A stretch of DNA of 60,766 nucleotides, counting the filler, from Globobulimina sp. (Eukaryota): the NCBI GenBank assembly GCA_003354225.1. It is 18 parts of 18 records of this genome, joined end to end, with 100 filler letters (N's around TTAATTAATTAA, not from the genome) between each part and the next. Parts side by side here need not be neighbours in the genome. Positions count along the whole stretch, not along the records: positions 20,298 to 23,579 come from PIVH01003204.1; positions 23,680 to 26,961 come from PIVH01003205.1; positions 27,062 to 30,343 come from PIVH01003206.1; positions 30,444 to 33,724 come from PIVH01003207.1; 14 more parts are not named here. One strand, 5' to 3'. Made by a program: the position numbers and the translations under genes. This document shows, piece after piece, positions 22,618 through 32,299 of the stretch. The notes below the pieces were generated by a model. It had not been told where the DNA came from and did no database searches. It was given only the letters and a program-made list of their open reading frames with translations. How positions within the stretch are numbered: the first letter of the stretch is position 1; the number at the start of each line of letters is the position of its first letter.

Positions 22618-23579
22618 CAAAACTCATATAATCTGTCAAAATGACTACCCCAAAACTCACAAATGTGTAAAAACGACAGTCAAAAACTCACAAAATACCT
22701 AAAAACGACAACATAAACTTACAAAATGATCAGAGTATAACCTGACATCCGCCGTTTATCTGCAGATATAACCTGATATCCGCCATTTATCTGCCAATAT
22801 ACATTGATATCCGCCGTTTATCTGCCAATATGTACTGATATCTGCCATTTATCCGCCAATATAACCTGATATCCGCCATTTATCCGCCGATATACCACTG
22901 ATATCCGCCATTTATCTGCCAATATAACCTGACATCCGCCGTTTATCCGCCAATATACACTGATATCCGCCGTTTATCCGCCAATATACACTGATATCCG
23001 CCATTTATCCGCCAATATGCACTGATATCTGCCATTTATCCGCCAATATGCACTGATATCTGCCATTTATCCGCCAATATACACTGACATCTGCCATTTA
23101 TCCGCCGATATACACTTATATCCGCCGCTTATCCGCCAATATACACTGATATCCGCCGTTTATCTGCCAATATACACTGATATCTGCCGTTTATCCGCCA
23201 ATATGCACTGATATCTGCCATTTATCTGCCGATATAACCTGATATCCGCCATTCATCCGCCGATATACACTGATATCCGCCATTTATTCACCAAAATGTG
23301 CAAAAACGACTGACAAAACTCACAAAATGTGCAAAAACGACTGATAAAACTCACGAAATTGATAAAAACGACTGACAAATCTCACAAAATTGATAAAAAC
23401 GATGGACAAAACTAACAAATGTGCTGAAAACGATTGTCAAAACACACAAATGAGTAAAAAACGATGGACAAAACTGAGAAATTTACTGAAAACGATTGTC
23501 AAAGCGCACAAAATGAATAAAAACGATTGTTAAAAACTCACAAAAAGAGTAAAAACGCTTGTCGAAACTCACAAAATTG
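22618..23579. repeat. Second ~31-bp A-tract satellite (AAAACTCACAAAATGTGCAAAAACGACTGAC) flanking the first on both sides (~22618-22730 and ~23293-23579)
   Basis: About 4 diverged units on the left and about 9 on the right, running into the contig end. Confidence 0.88.
22736..23293. repeat. 31-bp minisatellite, ~18 copies, consensus ATATACACTGATATCCGCCATTTATCCGCCA
   Basis: Units read directly; they abut with no unique spacers. Confidence 0.95.
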
Positions 23580-23853
23580 NNNNNNNNNNNNNNNNNNNNN
23601 NNNNNNNNNNNNNNNNNNNNNNNTTAATTAATTAANNNNNNNNNNNNNNNNNNNNNNNNNNNNNNNNNNNNNNNNNNNNAGTGAAAAACTTTATGTAAAC
23701 GCAGTTTTACATGCATTAAATGTACATTAAAAGACTTCCGATGCATTAAATGTACAGTGCGTATCAATTTTTCTGTAGTAGGACGAAACACCTAATTAAT
23801 AAATATAAAAAAAAGAACAAGTGATAGTCATAGAAGGAAAGAAACTAAATACA

Positions 23854-25419
23854 TTATAAAATAACACAACATGCATCTTTATGTGCATTATTTTTTTGTG
23901 AATATTTGCCTAACACAATCTGCTTTGCATATTGTTGAAACTCCAAACTTGAATTTGTTTTTAGCGGCACATCATTTGTATACAAGCACCAACAGCCATT
24001 CTCTAATCGCTTCATGTACGCCAACACGAGACACACCGTCTTCTTATCGCTATTGACATTGGCCAACTTATATCGACACAACTCCTTTTTGTTATTTTTC
24101 ACATCAATCAATCGCACATAACAACCCGTTATATTATTGGTCTTATTCTTATTTTGCAAGTTATTGTCATTAAATATATTCAACAAAATACACAATGATC
24201 CAATGTCATTATCAGCGTTCATTTTCGCCAAATAAATATCAAACATCTCCTCGTCATCCACTGCATCCACATCAACATCAATTACACCCAATTCATCATC
24301 CATTGCATCTTCATTATTGTTGACATTTATTAACTCCCTCTCATTCTTTATATATTGCACATAAGTTTTATAAAAATTATTATTATTGTTCACAATATCA
24401 ATCTGTCGGCAACTCTCTTCTTCGATTCCTTGCGCATTCTCTTCCTTCTCAATGGCACCAAACACCATCACAGAGCCATCCACATCAATGTCGATATCAA
24501 ATGGACGCAACTTCTCCTTTTGCTTATCATTCACTTGCATGTTATCCCCAATATTTGTGCTCAAATCCCAACCAATTCCGATTTCCAATTTATTCACATT
24601 TAAGTCAATAATATATTGCTGATGGCACTGTTTCAATTCATAGAAAATATTCTTATCATTCGGGCGCTGTGCAATGATGACATCGTCATATATCAAATTC
24701 AAATTATTTTTGATTAAGTTATTTTTCAGATTTTTCTCCTCCACAATGGTCCACTTCCAACTCTGTCCATTGTTATTTCGGTATAAAATGCCTAATAAAA
24801 TAGCGCCACAATCAAAGCCCATACCCATATCATAGGAATATAACACATCGCCATGGCAATCATCGCCGGCATACATATTAAATATGGCTTTGTCGACATC
24901 TTTTAAGGAGTCGCCGTTATACGCATCGATTATGAACCAGAGAGAGTGGCAATTTTCTGGGATGGAATCTAATTTGAAATTTATTAATTTATTATCTTTG
25001 TTGTGCATGTTTTTAGCTTTATTTTTGTTGTAAATTATGGATTTTTTGAACATTTTCTTATGATCTTTGTTGACAGAGTCCATTTCAAACGAATATATAT
25101 CTAATGCGGTGACGACGAGATCTAAGTCAATTAACTTATTTTCATCTAAAAATCGCCAAGATATGCCACAGGATATGTGCTTGTTTGTGGATGGGATGCA
25201 AAATGCATTTCTTTCTAGTAATTGAAATGCGGCCTCGTCGATGTTATTTTTCTTTTCTTGTTTGAGGTCTTGGTGCTGTGCTATTGCGGCTTTAACCAAT
25301 GGATCGTCGACTTCATTTGCTTGCTTTCTTGCTATACTATCTTGTGGATCATCTATGAAATCATTTACATCGGATAACAATATCTCGTGTTCGCTCATAT
25401 CCTTGTGCTCGAGTGCCAT
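23854..25419 (-). CDS. Tandem TerD-domain protein with C-terminal CAAX motif
   Basis: CGISW..IDLDL and IGIGWD..DIDVDGS domain starts; LDSIPENCHSLWFIIDAYNG; ends ACCVIL*. Confidence 0.78.
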   Translation of the reverse strand: MALEHKDMSEHEILLSDVNDFIDDPQDSIARKQANEVDDPLVKAAIAQHQDLKQEKKNNIDEAAFQLLERNAFCIPSTNKHISCGISWRFLDENKLIDLDLVVTALDIYSFEMDSVNKDHKKMFKKSIIYNKNKAKNMHNKDNKLINFKLDSIPENCHSLWFIIDAYNGDSLKDVDKAIFNMYAGDDCHGDVLYSYDMGMGFDCGAILLGILYRNNNGQSWKWTIVEEKNLKNNLIKNNLNLIYDDVIIAQRPNDKNIFYELKQCHQQYIIDLNVNKLEIGIGWDLSTNIGDNMQVNDKQKEKLRPFDIDIDVDGSVMVFGAIEKEENAQGIEEESCRQIDIVNNNNNFYKTYVQYIKNERELINVNNNEDAMDDELGVIDVDVDAVDDEEMFDIYLAKMNADNDIGSLCILLNIFNDNNLQNKNKTNNITGCYVRLIDVKNNKKELCRYKLANVNSDKKTVCLVLAYMKRLENGCWCLYTNDVPLKTNSSLEFQQYAKQIVLGKYSQKNNAHKDACCVIL

Positions 25420-25475
25420 CTTCCTAAGTCACTAAAAACTACGTCGTTTTCATTAATTAATTAAATATTCCAATC

Positions 25476-26603
25476 ATGTCTCGGTGTTTCACCAGGAAAA
25501 AAAGAAGTAATTTCATCATTGTTATTATCATAATATTTAGCATTCAATTATTGTTTCTATTTGCATTTTATTATTTGTCTCTATTATCCTCAGAATCCTG
25601 TGTTTCTTTATCAGATCCTTATATAAGTCATATTCAATTGGTTGATATTTCCTTCATTCCAAGCAATCCAACATCACAAAATAATGATATAACGCATATT
25701 ATCGACAATAAGAAACACAGAGTGGTTGTATCAATGTCAGCGACACCAAATGAAATCCCGCGAGGACTAAATTCCACAATAAATTGGATTTTGAATGACC
25801 AAAGCTATGAAATTGATGCTTATTACCTACATATTCCATATTTACAAATAAGAAATAACAATAAATTATACCCATCGACACGTACATTGCAGTCATATTT
25901 CCCGCAGAACAAAGTGATTATAAATCGTTTATTCGTTGATTATGGCCCAATGTCGCGATATATTGGTATTATGAATTTAGAGCGCGATCCAGAAACAATT
26001 ATCATTACATTTGATGTTGACATCGAAGCAAGGAAAAGAGTGAACAATTTTGTGTCTGAATTTGTGAGACACATTGAATATGACCCAAATGCTTGGTGGG
26101 CCAAACAAGGGAACAATCCAATTTATTCAGAATCAGAAAAGGAAATCATTGGATCGAATTGGACCTTATATGACAGAGAAATTGATAAAAATGCGCAGAT
26201 TCTATGGCAGCGAAGATCAGTCTTCCGGGCTGTGTCTGGAATTGCATACAAAAGGAAGTTTTTAGATGATTTATGGTTTAATGCGACAGAATATTATGAA
26301 GGCTGTTTCTGGGATGACGACCATTGGATGAGTTTCAATTTGGAGAGGAAGGGAATTACAATCAAAGTAAGAAAGGAGTATAATCAAAGCATGAAATATG
26401 GAGAAAAAAGTATTCCAACCAACTTTAGATTAAGGAATTTAAGAAAGGATTTGAGAAAGAATCGAGATAATAAGCAACAAAAAGAAAAAAGAAGGCTAGG
26501 ATCATTGACACAGATTAATCAAAAATTGCGTTCGAAAACAATATGTACAGCGGAGATTATGCAAACACATCCTGAAATATGGCCTAATTTGAGAGTCAAA
26601 TAA
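25476..26603 (+). CDS. Type II membrane GT-A fold glycosyltransferase-like protein
   Basis: N-terminal TM; VVVSMSATP; DYGPMSRY; IIITFDVD (DxD); SGIAYKRKF; CFWDDDHWMS. Confidence 0.7.
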   Translation: MSRCFTRKKRSNFIIVIIIIFSIQLLFLFAFYYLSLLSSESCVSLSDPYISHIQLVDISFIPSNPTSQNNDITHIIDNKKHRVVVSMSATPNEIPRGLNSTINWILNDQSYEIDAYYLHIPYLQIRNNNKLYPSTRTLQSYFPQNKVIINRLFVDYGPMSRYIGIMNLERDPETIIITFDVDIEARKRVNNFVSEFVRHIEYDPNAWWAKQGNNPIYSESEKEIIGSNWTLYDREIDKNAQILWQRRSVFRAVSGIAYKRKFLDDLWFNATEYYEGCFWDDDHWMSFNLERKGITIKVRKEYNQSMKYGEKSIPTNFRLRNLRKDLRKNRDNKQQKEKRRLGSLTQINQKLRSKTICTAEIMQTHPEIWPNLRVK

Positions 26604-27081
26604 ATCATATTGAAAGCATGTGCGTTGTTGTCAATGTTGTGTGCAATTTTTTATGTTGGCATGTTTTTTAATTTTTAATTAAATTTGTACATCAAAAATG
26701 TTTAACCACACCTTTAAATTGCATGATGTGGTTGTGTTGAAAATAGATAATTCCCGGTATCCGTGCATTAACAGAAGATATGTTAAAGCCAGAATTATTA
26801 CACTCACAGAAGATACCGCACAATTTATAACGCAAGAATACATTAATTGTGATTGGAACACCGCGGAGACGATTATTTCTTTCGAACCTTTTGTCAAATA
26901 TGAAAGCTCTATATTCAGTAGAACTAGTATTTTATTAAAGCTATGAGCATGACGAGTGAATNNNNNNNNNNNNNNNNNNNNNNNNNNNNNNNNNNNNNNN
27001 NNNNNTTAATTAATTAANNNNNNNNNNNNNNNNNNNNNNNNNNNNNNNNNNNNNNNNNNNNTGAAAAACAGTTTTTTTTCC

Positions 27082-27924
27082 ATGGCTACTGAGGACCCTG
27101 TTGCGGTTGTTTATTATTGTCATAATTGTGAAGTAAATGTGGATGAGATAATTGAACTGGATGATGGAATTTTAAAATGCACCTTATGTAACGGTACAGA
27201 AATATTTTACTTGCATGCTTTTGATATTAATAACTGCATAAATGTTTGTTTAGAGCCATACATTGAAATTGTTGAAAGCGATTTTGAAGAAGAAGAAGAA
27301 GAGGAAGATGAGAACAATAACAATAATGAAGAGAAAAAGGAGAACAATAACAATAACAATAATAATAATAATAATATGAATAATATTCAATATTTTAACA
27401 ATGGGAATGCATCGATTGTTTATTTCAATCAAATGTCTGGCGCATTAAATCCTAATTTAAATATCAATGCAATGTTTAATGGAATAAATGGACTATTTAA
27501 CCGATCCAATTCCAATGGTAATAATGTCAATACAATGGGCGATTATGCATTCGGTGATATTTCAACTCTGATCAGTTCGTTAGGAATTAATCAAAATAAT
27601 GGACCACCTCCCGCTTCAAAGGAAATTGTTAAAGATTTAAAAGAATTTGTTTTCAATGAAAAAGATAATAATAAAAATAATAAAAATAAAAATAAAAATG
27701 AAAATAATAAAGATGAAGATTTAAATAATAATCAATGTGCTATTTGCAAAGACAAATTTATTTCTGGCGATTTGTTGAAAGAGATGCCGTGCGGCCACGT
27801 CTATCATAAGGATTGCATTACACATTGGTTAAACAATGCAAATAATTGTCCAATTTGTCGATATCGATTAAAAACTGATGATACACACTACGAACAAATG
27901 CAACAAGCTCAACAACAGAATTAA
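27082..27924 (+). CDS. RNF115/RNF126-like RING-H2 E3 ligase with N-terminal zinc ribbon; probable in-frame intron 27194-27253
   Basis: YYCHNC..CTLCN-EPYIE; GDYAFG; GPPPASKE; CAICKDKF..MPCGHVYHKDCITHWL..NNCPICRY. Confidence 0.88.
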   Translation: MATEDPVAVVYYCHNCEVNVDEIIELDDGILKCTLCNGTEIFYLHAFDINNCINVCLEPYIEIVESDFEEEEEEEDENNNNNEEKKENNNNNNNNNNNMNNIQYFNNGNASIVYFNQMSGALNPNLNINAMFNGINGLFNRSNSNGNNVNTMGDYAFGDISTLISSLGINQNNGPPPASKEIVKDLKEFVFNEKDNNKNNKNKNKNENNKDEDLNNNQCAICKDKFISGDLLKEMPCGHVYHKDCITHWLNNANNCPICRYRLKTDDTHYEQMQQAQQQN

Positions 27925-28268
27925 CTCTTTGTTTCACAATAAATAAACGTACGTCACAACTCATAGGAGATCGAGCATTTTTTTTTGTCACGAAAGCATT
28001 TGACTAGCTTACTCCGTGAAAACTCCAACTATCTTTTGGCGGAAAAATTACTCCAACTGTTTTACTCTTAATTTAGCGATGAGTTTTGATACATAACCAC
28101 CTATCAATAAGGCCATCATACAGCATAAAAGTGTGACACAAGTTTTGTTCTGGACAATAAATCTTCTATTTACTCAAGTGACTCAACTAGTGACTCAAGT
28201 GACTAGAGAAAATCTTCTATTCACGCAATCGGTACACAATCGTCACTCAATCGTGATCTAGTGATAAT

Positions 28269-29168
28269 ATGCAATGGCAATCAGACAAACAATACAAACA
28301 ACCAACAATCACGACATATTTGAGCAAACAGTCCCATCAACAAAAACTGACAAATATGTATCGAAAGTACGATCCAAAAAACAATATGAATAAACCTTTT
28401 TTATTTCCATTTTCATATAAATCACCATCACCATCAATGTCACTCTCTCAAACTGAACCAAAACAATTTACGCCATCACCATCACCATCGACAATGTTGG
28501 AAAATCTAGATTTAACAAAAGAAAATATGGCACTTAAATATATACAAAATAATAACTGTAAACAACGCATGTCAAAGAAGAGAAAATTGAATGAAGATAA
28601 AGATAATAATACATTAAATATAAAAACTAATTGCTTAAAAAAAGTGACATTATCTGATGGTTCTGTTTGTTATACAATGTCATCGTCGATATCTCAGCCA
28701 CCAACGAAAAAAATGAGATCAAATTCTTGCACACATTCAAAATCATTAAAAACGTTATTTCAGCCTCCTCCAACAAAGAAAAGGAGACCAAATTCATGTT
28801 TGATTTCGAAAAATTGCAAAAAAAACATCGGAAATACAAAGAAAACAAAAGCAAAACTTGTATATTCAAATACTATGCCATTTGCAACTAAGCAAAGTAA
28901 TAAAAGTAATTGCAATAATTTACAAAAGAATAATGGTAATAATGGCAATAATAAACGTAGAAGAAGACATACTGAGGACTGGACATCAAAGGATAACTTA
29001 TTGGCTTCATTAAAGGAACAAGAAAGCATTGGAGATAAATTATTTCCATCAAATCATATTCCTTCCGTTAATTTGGAAGAAATATTTAATGGGCAACAAT
29101 TTATTCGCGTTCATAAAAAAATAAGGCCGATAAACCTGCGAAGAGAAACCCAAATTTTTAAAAAATAA
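28269..29168 (+). CDS. Basic low-complexity protein with C-terminal INCENP IN-box-like motif
   Basis: DWTSKDNLLASLKEQ...KLFP...VNLEEIF resembles the Aurora-binding W..L..Q..F..LEEIF pattern; several NLS-like PPTKKRR. Confidence 0.5.
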   Translation: MQWQSDKQYKQPTITTYLSKQSHQQKLTNMYRKYDPKNNMNKPFLFPFSYKSPSPSMSLSQTEPKQFTPSPSPSTMLENLDLTKENMALKYIQNNNCKQRMSKKRKLNEDKDNNTLNIKTNCLKKVTLSDGSVCYTMSSSISQPPTKKMRSNSCTHSKSLKTLFQPPPTKKRRPNSCLISKNCKKNIGNTKKTKAKLVYSNTMPFATKQSNKSNCNNLQKNNGNNGNNKRRRRHTEDWTSKDNLLASLKEQESIGDKLFPSNHIPSVNLEEIFNGQQFIRVHKKIRPINLRRETQIFKK

Positions 29169-29285
29169 GCCATATTTTTTGTTGTTTGTTGCATGGTATT
29201 AATTTAAATAAAATGACTTGCAATTGCTCAAGTACTGACAAGTAGAGACCTTTAATATTTACATTTACATCAACTATGACTGTGT

Positions 29286-30040
29286 CTATGTTAAAGCACT
29301 GGTGACTGGAATATCAAATTCCATTCCATCCCATACAAAATCATAAACGCTCTTTTCTTTATCACTCATTTGGACAATTTGAAAAACGTTAGACATTGTA
29401 AGCAATAAATGAGATCCAATAGCACCATATTTTTGTGTGCATTTTATCGATGTATTGTTGCAATTCTCTGCATTTGATATTTTATGATATAAGCGGCCAG
29501 ATTCAATATCACAAGTTAACTGTTGAGGATTTAATGGATGCAATAATGAACCAGCAAACTGCAAATAATATTCACGCTTATTGTGTTGATTATGATCTAA
29601 TGAGTTTTCATATGTCCGATAGTGACCGCTATCATCATCTATTTTTGTGACGAGATCAAAGTAAATAATAGGTGTCGATGCTTCTGATTTTATAAAATTC
29701 AGTTCATTTCCACAATCACTGATCCATGGATAACCTTTATGAATATTTGAGTTATTATCACGAATTTGTCGCCAAAAAAAATCCAAAAATTTCACAGATT
29801 TAAATGATGTGATGAATGTTTTAGGGCTTGTTTCTTCTAAATATAATCTTTAAATATACAAATATTCAATCAATTCAATGAAAAATAAGACATTCAACAA
29901 AACCTGCCATCTTTATCAATGCAATAAAAATAAGATCTTCTTTTGGAGTATATTTCATCGATTGATTTAGTGTCTGTGCAACATGAACGACAGAAATATT
30001 TTCGATGGTGTAATAAACGTTTGAACTTTTGCGACAACAT
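29286..30040 (-). CDS. UPF0598/C8orf82 (DUF4505) homologue with mitochondrial-type presequence, intron 29848-29903
   Basis: Spliced RSYFYCIDKDGR-LYLEETSPKTFITSFKSVKFLDFFW..YPWISDCGNELNFI..PIIYFDL..GRLYH. Confidence 0.85.
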
Positions 30041-30443
30041 GTTATGGAAAGGCTTTAACGATATATCCCATTAGATAAACCCCCCTGGCGATACTAGAAA
30101 CTGTTTTGCAAATCCAGAAACTGTTTGCTATATGATTTGTTCTGGGTTTGTTATGACTTTGTCTTGGGTTTGCAAATCTAGCACAAAGTTATAAGAAATG
30201 TATAATTGAATTTTCGGCATACAACAACCGTGTTTCACGAGAGAAAACAGCTATATATTATAATTTAATTCGGAAAAAAGACGAGAAAAAACAAGTGAAA
30301 ACAAAAGAAAAAAATGTTAAACTATTTTGGGTTGCTCATCTTCNNNNNNNNNNNNNNNNNNNNNNNNNNNNNNNNNNNNNNNNNNNNTTAATTAATTAAN
30401 NNNNNNNNNNNNNNNNNNNNNNNNNNNNNNNNNNNNNNNNNNN

Positions 30444-30755
30444 GTCATATTATCATTGTTTACAAACTTAGAAACAATCTTATTTTATACAACTAATTGG
30501 AGTGGTTCTTATGAATATCCATTTTTATTATCATCATTTTTTAGTTTATTTTGGGGAGATATTTTGTTTAAACATAAATCATTGAAAAGTATACAAATAA
30601 AAGCAACACATAAATATGGAGATCGTAGTTGGATTTATAATGAATATATTTCAATGAATAAAGAGTTAAATCAAACACAATTTAAAATATCATTAAATAT
30701 CACAACAAATTCATATAACATGAAAGAAGATACCTTATGTTTTGACAGATTGTAA
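30444..30755 (+). CDS. 3' fragment of a hypothetical protein
   Basis: Open frame from the contig start to TAA 30755. Confidence 0.35.
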   Translation, partial: VILSLFTNLETILFYTTNWSGSYEYPFLLSSFFSLFWGDILFKHKSLKSIQIKATHKYGDRSWIYNEYISMNKELNQTQFKISLNITTNSYNMKEDTLCFDRL

Positions 30756-31261
30756 TCTTGATTTGTTGTTCGGACTTATTTTATATTGATTTTTTGATTG
30801 AGTTAATTTTTAATTTTAAATAATTTTTAATAATTTGTTTACGATAAAGCAAAAATGCTGTGCATTTTATCTGTCGGAATTTATTATCTAGTCATCGCTA
30901 GAACTAGCGTCAATTTCAGGTTACATCCTTGCGACATCTTTTCATGATAACGGCACTTTTTTTCATGATTTGTGATTATTTCCTGATAAATAAAACCCTA
31001 GGTTTTCTAGCGTTGATTTCATGAAATAAAATCATGAAATAAATTTGTTCTGGATTCATTCTTTTAGTCTTATTGATCTTAAATTGTGTCTTGTATTGGT
31101 ATTAGACGTATTATTGTTTTCAGGAAATTATCAATAAAGCAAATCAAGCAATTTTCCTGTTTCAAGTTAATGTCAACCTGAAACGTTTTCGTGAAAATAT
31201 ACTACCTGAAGTTTGCGCTGTCTTTTTCACTTCGTCTATCAACACAATTTGAAACTTGCTC

Positions 31262-32016
31262 ATGTTGTTTATAGCATTTATCAGTAGTTTACTTGTCTCC
31301 ACGTATGCACCAGATCCAGCAAATGGTTGGTTAGGTTATGCCTTAGGTAAAAATCCCAATGCTGGAAATGATCCAATTACATTTATCGAAGCATATTGGA
31401 CCAATTTAAAAAATCCAACAAATACAAATTGTTTTTATTCACCATGGTTCGGAATAGAAACATCAGATAATTTGAATTTATTGCAACCCGTCAATCCATG
31501 GGAAGGTCGAGAATGGAGTATTTATAATGAATATTTTCAATGGATGCCGCCTCATAATCAAAACAGCAAATCACATGTCGTATATCCTGGAGATTTATTA
31601 TTTGGATCCATTACTTATGAAGCTAACTCTCGTATAATGTATATCATTCTGATGAGACGCGAGGACATGAATGGTCCGTAAATATGACCATCAGAGTGCA
31701 ACAAAAAGTAGATGGCAGCTATAAGGTGTATATCATATATGTGGTGTTTGAAAAAGTATGCAAATCCTGCAATATGTATCCGCCTGATGACATTGTTACG
31801 TTTAGCAATATTTCTGTATTTTGGGCTGGCAGACAAACTGCACCGACATGGACCACTGCCTATGTTGATAATGTATGCAATAATCGAGCACATGTGGTTG
31901 ATCCACAAACTATTACAATTACATGGAACTCGAAAAGTGAGCAAGATTACACTCCGTTGTATGAAATGAGAGAGAGAACGGCTACCAATGGGAATTTGAG
32001 GCGTAGAGAAGAATAA
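31262..32016 (+). CDS. Secreted beta-sandwich protein, possibly G1/A4 glutamic-peptidase-like; frame changes near 31628
   Basis: Signal peptide; SPWFGIETSDNLNLLQPV; VYPGDLLFGSITY; downstream frame continues SYNVYHSD..WSVNMTIRVQ..YVVFEK..VTFSNI. Confidence 0.55.
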
Positions 32017-32299
32017 ATAAACTTTTTTTATAATTAAATATTAGTATATAGTTATACTTGTATCTAAGTGCAAGGATATTAAAAACGAGGGAACATCACA
32101 TATTTGTTTCTGAGAAACGTTTCTTAAATTCTACATTTCTCAAATCTCCGCTTGCATATTCCTTTGCTGGCTTTGCTGAGTAAGTCACGAACTTTTCGCG
32201 ACTATCGATGCAATTGAACCACTTGAAAAAAACGTTCACGAAATTGAACCACTTGAATTAAAATTTAACGACAAAATGGAAACAGACAAACAAAATTAA

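Noticed and set aside
22736-23293. CRISPR-like array
   Set aside because: Units abut with no unique spacers, there are no cas genes, and the context is eukaryotic
25453-25464. TTAATTAATTAA without N padding between the TerD and glycosyltransferase genes
   Set aside because: The contig length fits the series, so it is not a join; likely chance in an AT-rich spacer
26698-26946. 82-aa ORF with a vaguely Tudor/SH3-like look
   Set aside because: Too short and no recognisable motif
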